A DNA stretch of 64,000 nucleotides from an uncultured Eubacteriales bacterium. GTDB lineage: Bacteria; Bacillota; Clostridia; Christensenellales; DTU072. Where the stretch lies: contig CACXFJ010000047.1 of assembly GCA_902766965.1 (NCBI GenBank), positions 3,165 to 67,164 on the forward strand, written 5' to 3'. The translations under genes were made by a program, and so were the position numbers. Below are positions 24,601-33,600 of the stretch, piece by piece (within the stretch, counting starts at the first letter, position 1; each line of letters opens with the position of its first letter). The notes beneath the pieces were generated by a model that saw only the letters and a program-made list of their open reading frames with translations, had not been told where the DNA came from and ran no database searches.

Positions 24601-27600
24601 ACTTAGTACCCTTCGGCGGAGCGAGCCTTGTCTATAACGGCGGCAACGGTCTTACCGTATCCAGCGTTCTTTCCGACGGCAACGGAATAGGTTCTTACGA
24701 AATGACCGTAAAGGTTTACGACTCGATAAGACAGTATTACGAAGATAATCACCTGTCCACTCTCGCGCATAACATCACCGCTAATATGTCGGGTTACAAC
24801 TTAGTCGGATACAGACTTTCGGGCGACGATACGATAATTACCGCCGACGGACTCAATTCGACCCTCAACGACGTTATAAGACGCGGCAACAGCGGTATGA
24901 ATATCGGGCTCGATATGATATTCGAACGCACCGATATCGTCACCACCACGATAGTGGGTAAGATACTCGTGCCGAAAGAAAGAGGAAGCTCCGAAATGGT
25001 AGTTCCCGAACCCGGAACCTATCAGCTCTGGGTGAGCGTGGGCGGACGCACTTCCGGCGTAATAGACTATTACGACCTTGCACCCGACGACTTCTCGGTG
25101 GCGGTAGACCGTGACGGTAACTTCTCGTTCACGGGAAAAGAACTCGCTCTCGAAAATATCGGAGCAAGCTCGTATATAATCAAATTCCGTAGCAAAATTT
25201 ATCAGAACCTCAATCTCGTAGCCGACGCTAACGGTAACGCTACCGATACCTTCGGCAATATGAAAGTTCTCGACACCTTCAACGGCAAGGTGGCAAGCTA
25301 CTACGTCACGTTAAGTCCCATATACAGAGAAAAGCACTGGTCGGAAGAAGTGACGGGCATAAGCGAAGGAGAGAACATATCGAGCATAGGACAGCTCCTC
25401 AGCCGCGTAAGAATAAGACTCGGCGCGGACAAGCTCGACGGCGAAGTGCACGGCGACGGCGACAACGGGGTTCAGGACCACGACCACAGCTATCAGGACG
25501 ACGTCAGCAACCTTATTTACGAAGGTAGCAACGCTACCGACAGATACAACACTTACACTTATATCGAAGCGTGGCTCAATTCCGGCAAGATTAACGACAT
25601 TCTCGCCGGAGTGGAAAGTATCATTCTCGGTATGATGGGCGTGACGGGCATAGCTCCCGGACAGACTCTGAGCGCGCAGGATATTTCGCGCGGCGGCACT
25701 ACTACCGACGCCGACTTCCGTCTCGATCAGTACAGCGAATTCGATATCATAAACAAGGGCGAAGCCGAGTTGAAGAAAGGGTTCGTAAAACGTTACAAAG
25801 GTCGTTATAACGAAAACGATATCCGTATCTTCGATAAGATTTACGTAGACAAGGGCGCGTACTATCAGGCAATGCACAGCGCGCTTGCCAAGATGAGCGC
25901 GGGACTCGTTCACTTCGTTCTTACTATGGTGTTCGACTCCACGGGGCTTGCGACTATGGAAGCTCTCGGAGTTCACCTTACCGACCTTATAGCCTTCGCT
26001 ATTCTCGACCCGACGGCGTTCGAAGCGCTTAACGCTATCAAGATGCTCGGCGCAATCCCCGGCGTAGGCATAGTCTTTACCATACTCGGTACGGTGGCGG
26101 GCGCGCTCGGTTCTATTCTCAGTACGATAGGCACGCAGCTCGGAGCCATTATAGGAGAACTCGCCACGATATTCTCCTGCTTACTGCCGATACAGTTAGG
26201 GTACAATATGTTCGACACGGTCGATCTTGCCGACAGCCCGCTGCAAGCGGCGGGATTCACGCCGGATTACTTCACCGACAAGACCTATTCCACGCCTGTA
26301 GACGTGGGCGGTCAGTACGTCACTATGTACAGAGACGCAAGGACGTACGACATGTCGACTTACGCGAAGATTACCTTAAACCAAGGTAACAACGGCGGCT
26401 ATCTCGACCGTATCTCCTTGTTCATAAATTCCGCAAGCTACAACGCCGCAAGCGAAATATCGGATAACGTCGACAGCGGCAACCGTATGGGCGAATACAC
26501 CGCTATGCAACAGGGCGACTGGAAATACGAATACTGGAAGAACAACGGCAGAGTCGGTAACTACTATCACGAAGTGGTAAATTACGTCAAAGAGGAAATT
26601 TATACCAAGATAGAGGACAAGAATTATAGCGGCGAATATTACTATCACGATTTGGATAACAACAAGTACGTAATAAGCTCTTCCGCCACCGAAGACGGGA
26701 ACTACGAACTCGACGGCGACACGGGCGAAAAAGTCAAGTACAGCCGCGAAGTAATAGACACTACCGAAGTGGAATCGAGAGAAGTGACTTACGCTACCGA
26801 CCCGAGCGCGAAGTACGGAATTAAGAGCGTGGACGTCAAGTCGATGCAGGTAGTGAAAAACGGCGTCACCGACGAAGCGAACGAAAGATTCATGAACGAC
26901 TGGATTAAGCGTACCAACGTGAATTCCTACGCGGTAGTGGACGACTATTATATCGACCCCGCCACCAACAAGAGAGTCGTTTACAACAGAGTCTTTATCT
27001 ACGACGACGAACAGAACGTCAAAGAAGACATGTATCAGGAAATCGAGATAAAGAACAACGGTATAGACATTCGTCAGGTAAAAGACGCATTTACGGGTAC
27101 CTTCAAGAACGTTTCTTACGATAAGGTCACCAAGTTGTGGACGGACGAAGTAGTCGCTCCGCCTACGAAGATTACTTTCTGGGATCCTTTCGATTTGACC
27201 GACTTCACTATGGAAGGCGGCACGTGGGCGAACTCCGCCGGATATCAGGGCGTGAGAAGAAACACCGACCCGTCGATAACCGTGGACAAAGTCTTGCCCA
27301 ACAGGTATATGGCTTCGTTTGCCGACGGCAACAGCTCCGGTACGAACGGTATGAATATTTACTGGGACGTAAGCGCGTTGAACCTTACCGCCGCGGGCGT
27401 TGAGAAAGATTACCTTAAAGGTTACGTCGGCAACGGCACCTACGCGAAAATAAAGGTCGAAGTCAAACCGTTCACCGTGGATATAGTCAGCGCGAAAGCA
27501 CAGATAATAAAACAGGTCTCCGACAATCTCGTCATCGACCCGTATACCTTCAACGCGGAAGAATTCGTAGCGGGACTGCCCAGTTTCTTCTACTATGATT

Positions 27601-30600
27601 ACGAAAGCGGAACGGGTACGGAGACCCGCAGAAAGACTTATCTCTTCAACGAACTGAAATGGTCGCTCGACTATACCGTAAAAGACGGAATAAAGAAGTA
27701 CGATTCTCTCGATTACGTCACCGAAGACTTCGAGTCGTACATTAACCTTACTTTCAGAGCGTACGAAGCGGTTCGCGACGCCGACAACGAGGACAAGTGG
27801 ACCGACGCCGAGGGCAACACCCCGTACACCACCGTCAAGATACCGCTTAAAGTCAAAAACAACGAAGTCAAATACGTCGAAAGCGCCGTAAATAACAGTA
27901 TCGGCGGAATAGTATCGGTAGGTATGCCGAGCGGATATAACGGTATGATTACCTTCAACCCGTTAAATAACCGCGACCCGTACTCCTCCCTCTACTACCT
28001 CGAAAGTTTCGACGCGGCGGTAAAGAAAGACGGTTCCGTAATAAAAGACTGGGCGATTATCCCCAACAGTTTCGAGTCGATTACCCAAAACGGTAAGAAC
28101 TTAGCAAACTACGACAACAGCTTCTCGAGAGAACAGTCCTACGCGGTAAGTTACAAGATTACCGACGGAACGGGTTACGTCCAGACGATGTATATCTACG
28201 TCAAGATTTTGTCCAGCAACATTCTTGCGGGACAGAGCTACTACCTTAAAGGCAGCGACAAGGTATTCATCGAAAATAATCGCAACCTCTATCCGTACGC
28301 CGCTACGGAAAGTTACGACGGCGAAATAGCGAACAGCTACGCAAGCGGAGACGTTCTCGCAAGACTGTATCTGTCCGATAACATTAACGTAGTCTACGAA
28401 AGCGGATACGAAGAAAGAGTGGCTTTGGGCGAAACCAAAGAAACGAAGAAACAAATCTACGTTGTTTACGACGAAGAAAGCGGCAAGTTCGTTGCGAAAG
28501 GCGCGACGGTAGTCTCCGGAAGAGATTTCAGCTACCGTATCCCGTACCTTAACTACGCCGACGGCGGAAAGAAGACCGTCGAAGCGGTAATAGGACAGCA
28601 CGGATACGCTCGGTGGGAACTCGACGACGTATTTACCGATATCGTCCTCGGACGTCTTGACGTAAGCTACACCCTCAATAAAGCCAAAGCGATAGCGTAC
28701 GATACGTTGTACGCCGGTCTTAACCGTTACGACAAGCTGTCCTTATCGAGAATACTCGTCGCCGAAAACAACAACAAGGCGAAAGCGTGGGACGTCTGGT
28801 ACAATAACTACGCCGACAAGACGAAAGACACTTACAGCGTAAACGACGTGCTTAAATTAGACGTTATGCTCACCGACGCGAAACTGTCGTTCGTCACAAT
28901 TAGCTACGCCACGGCGCAGAGCCTTGCATACGAAAGACTTCTCGTTGACAATACTTCCGCTTCCACAGACAGCAACAAGATAAGCGTGACGGAACTTCGT
29001 GAAATGTTCGCCGAAGTAAAAGCGAACAACATAAACAAGTCCACCGTCGAGCAACAAGCCCTTACCTTCGCCAAGTGGTATAAAGAACGCACCAGACACG
29101 AACTTTCCATTGAAAGAACGGTTATGGAAAGAAGCGCCGAAGCCACCGGCAGCGTAAACGTAAGCCCCGATAAGGAAGTCACCGAAGATAACGTGTTAGA
29201 CTTCATTCCTTCGGGCGTAAGCATAGGATACAAGGGCGTGACGAGCGACGACGGCGAATACAAGATGATCACCACCGACGTCACCTGGATAGTCGACAAA
29301 AAAGAACTTGTCGAAAAGATGAGTTATAACGGCGCTATTATAAGCGCGGAAGCCTTGCTTAAAGACGAACTGTTTGGCAATCAGGTACTCCGCAGCGTGG
29401 GTATGAGAATAAATCAGCTCAAAGTTTCGGGCATCGTGAGTATGTTCGAAGAAGGCGACTTGCCTGACGTAAGCGCGTACGACGAAAAGACCATCGACTC
29501 GTTCCTGTCTACGTATTACAGCGCGGACACCCTCGGAGTGAGAGCATACGCGTTCGCTATCTCCATAGAAGGAGCCGACAAGATAGTAAGAATAAACACC
29601 GAAAGCGGTATGGATAACGCCGTTTGGGAACTCGCTACGAGCGACTCTTACTACGAAGGCACGACCAACAGAAAGATATTGTGGCAATACGCCGAAGACA
29701 CCGACGGCGACGGCAACTACGATAACGACGGTATAAGTTACAATCCTCGTAAGGGCGCGCACAAGATAAGAGTCTGGGTACAGAGTAAGAACTACAATAG
29801 CGTCAACGTGACGGGCGGCAAGTGGCAATATGCGGTGGAAATAGACTTCACCGACATAAAACACGCTTTCCAAGGCTCGGACGACGTGGCAAGTCTCGTA
29901 TCCTTCTCGAAGCTTGTCGACGAAACCGTGACCGATATAGTTAAGGTAAGAGTAGACGGCGACGAAACGAAAGCGAGCGTCAAGTACAACGCGAATACCG
30001 GCAGATACGCTATCGCGTTCAACCCGTCGCAAGTCAAGATAGACGAAAGTTCTTTAGTGGAATTCGACGTCGACCTCGGCGGAACGAAATACGACGCAAA
30101 CGGCAAGAGAGTAAGCAACTGGATGCCCGCTACGATAGGGCTCGACGACAACGACGAGTTCTACAAACTCAAAAAGTTCGACACGACGGCTACTTTCGGA
30201 ACGAGAACGAACAACGTTCAGAACGTAAACGTAACCCTTATAAACAAAGCCGAATACGTATTCGACGAAGTGGCGGAAGTGGTTTATAAACGCGACGGCA
30301 AAGTCGTCGACTTCGATAAGCAGATAGCCACCTCTCTCGACGACCTTGCGGCGATACTCCCGAATACCGCTTCGGTATCCGGTACTATGGACGGCGTTTA
30401 CGAACAGGTTGAACTCCCCGTAAGCTGGTCTTCGATAGAAGAATACGGACTTAACGGTCGTACTTCCGACGGAAAATATCCGACGGCGAGAGCTTTGATA
30501 GGCGACAGAACCTTCGGTTATATCCCCGACAGAACGGTGCAACTTAAATTAGGAGCCGAAAGCGAAATCGTGGTAAGCGGTATTCCCGACGTCATTAACG

Positions 30601-33600
30601 TCGATCCGTACGGCAACGAGGACCTCGAATGGATGCGGAAAGAATACTCCGTAGCCACCGTCACCTCTCGCGTCCGCGACGTGGACGGCACGGAAAGGAA
30701 AGTCACCAAGACCGTTGACGTCAAGATAGCGATGGAAGACGTGGATTTGGTCGATTACAGAGAAAACAACTTCGTAAGAAGCGAGTATTCGGTTAGATTT
30801 GCGTTAGGTCACACCGTGACTTCGGCAAGAACCGACAGCGGTAAGTTCGACGTAAGATACGAAGTAAGGAAGACGGTAATCCTCCGCGACAGAAGCATCA
30901 CCGATATGTACATTGCGAAGTTCAACGGTATTGCGGACGGCAAAGCGGTTTGGTCGGAGATAGAATATATCACCGCCGACGTATTCGAAAGAGTCGGAAC
31001 CAACGATTTTGCGTACGAAATAAGAGTGAACCCCGCCGAAAGTACGATAGACGCCGTCAGAGCAAAACTCGGCGACAAGTACAACGGTCTTACCACCGTA
31101 TACGCTTACGACGAAAGCATTAAGTCGGGCGTAGAGTACGAGATTAAAGAACCTAAGTACGGTTGCTTCATAGTCTACGGCAGCGGTACCGAAGCCACCT
31201 ACGTATCCGACGTGACCTTCGAAGGCGTCGAAGATATAGTTTATACCGCGAACGGCGGTTTCTACACCGACGTAGTTAAGGCGGTAATAGGCAAAGGCGA
31301 ATTGAAACAGACCGTTCCCGTCACCGTCAACGTAAAACGCGCTCTCGTCACGGGAATAAAACTTCTTCCCTACGAATACTCCGCCGGAGAAGAATATTCG
31401 CCCGCAGGAACGAACGGCGGTACTTACGTTCCCGTTCAGACCGATTCGGACGGCAAAGTAACAAGACTTGTGATAGAGCCTTTCCTCGGGTTCTCCAACC
31501 TGCCTGCGAAGGTAATCGCGGTAGTCGATATCGGCGGCGGCGAGATAGCGTACAGGACAGTATCCGCGGAATGGGACGGCAGTCTCGTCACCGCAAACAT
31601 GAGCATAAAGGGCGGCGAATTCAACGTAGGAAGCACGGCTAACGTGGCTTACGTCACCGTATACGCCGGTTCCGACGGAGAAAGAGCGGGCGAGCAGACG
31701 ATAGAACTTTCCGTCACCGTACCCGACAGAACGGTATTTTACTATGAAGTAAGCTACGACGGCGAGAACTACAAGCCCCTTAACGACTTAGTCTACGGAA
31801 AGAAAGCAAACGCAGCTAACTACACCAACGAATTGCTCCTCAATCCGTACGATATGCGTAACGCGCTTCTCGACGCGTACGCCGAAAGGAAAGGGCTTGA
31901 CAAGTCGATAAACGACGTCTACAACTCCTCTTCCAAGGTCTACGACACCGAGTTCTGCAAGACCGACGCCGCCGGCAACACGGTCGACAACGCCGACTTC
32001 ACGTTCTTCCGCTACGTCAGAATAGTATGCGAAGACGGTTACGTCAGAGAATACAAGCTCGACGCAAAGAACTATGTCGCGTTCTCGAAAGCAAACGTAA
32101 AAGACTTCTATTCGGGCGGACGTTCGGTCAAGATTGACTTACGCGTGGGCGAGAAATATTCTTCCGACAATAACGGAACTTACGCTCCCGACGCGGCGGT
32201 CCTTAACGTCGCTCCCAACAAGGAAACGGAAGGCGGCGAATTCGAAGAGTTCCTTAGCGTAAGAGTTCTCGACATGACCTACGGTTCGGGACTCGAAAAG
32301 GATATCTATTATATCGACCCGTACGGAGTCCTCGGAGCTACCGGCAAGAGCGGTATCACCTTCGAAAGCAAGGTAGTATATCCCGAAGACACCGTCCGTA
32401 ACGTGAAGATAGTCGGTAAAGACAGCGACAAATACTTCATCGACGACGGCGCGAGAACCGATATAGCGACGTACGTATTCGAAGAAGTCAACTACGACGG
32501 AAGCGCGATAAACTACAAGTGGTTCGATATAGTAAGCATAGACCCCGCGACCGGCAAGTTCACGCTGAAAGAACGTAAGCGTAACGACGGCAGAATCAAG
32601 TACGGCAGCGGCGTAGGAAAACTCGCCGTGACCTTCGGAAGCGACCGCGATAATTCGTTTGCGGGTACGCAGGTATTCAATATCCCCGTTGTCTACGTTG
32701 ACAGAACGGTAGAAAGTCTCGGATTTAACGGAGAAAACGCTCCTTACTTCAAGACTCTCACGTTAAGCAACGGCACCGTGGAGCAGGGCTTCGAGTTCGA
32801 CCCGTTCGTCACCTACAACGCAAGCGTAAACGGTTTTGGCGATAGCGAACAAGGCTTCCTTAAACACGGTCAGTACGGTACGAAACTTACCTTCAAGAAC
32901 AACGATATCGACAGGATATTCGGCGGAAGACAAGGTTCTACGTTCGAATACGACCTTACTATGGACCAAGGCAACGATATCCGTATCGGCGTTACGTTCG
33001 AAGACAAGGAATTGAAGTGGAGATACACGGGCGGCGAGTTCGATATCAAGGCGCGGTTAGGCAGCGGAGACAACTATCAGGAAATCCCCGTCACCGTAAA
33101 ACTTCTCTCCCGTAGAGTAGACGCAAAACGCGCGGGTACGATAAACGGTTTCAGCAGCGACATCTTCAAGTCCGGCGTAGACCTCACCACGAAAGTTAAA
33201 GCCTACGACTATATAGGGTACAGCAACGTGGAAGCCAAACTTATAAGCGATTACTTCGTCAACGGACACGTTACCTTCAAAGTTTACTTCGAAGACTTCG
33301 ACGAGCCTATCGAATACACTATGAACACGGTGGCGGCAAGCGACGGCAAGTACGTTCTTACCGACAGCGAACTCAACTACGTCGAAAACGAGACCGTCTA
33401 CAACAACGGCGTAAGAATGGCGTTTACGATGGATACGACCGAGACCATAAGTTACCGTGGCGGCAAACTCACGTTTGCGATGACTATTCCCGGTTACGGA
33501 ATGGGCAAGAATGGTCAGCAGCAAGCCACCGTATCCATAGAGATGGAAGAACAGTACGTGATTTACGCTAATCCCGCCGACGAAAACTCGGGAGAAGAAA

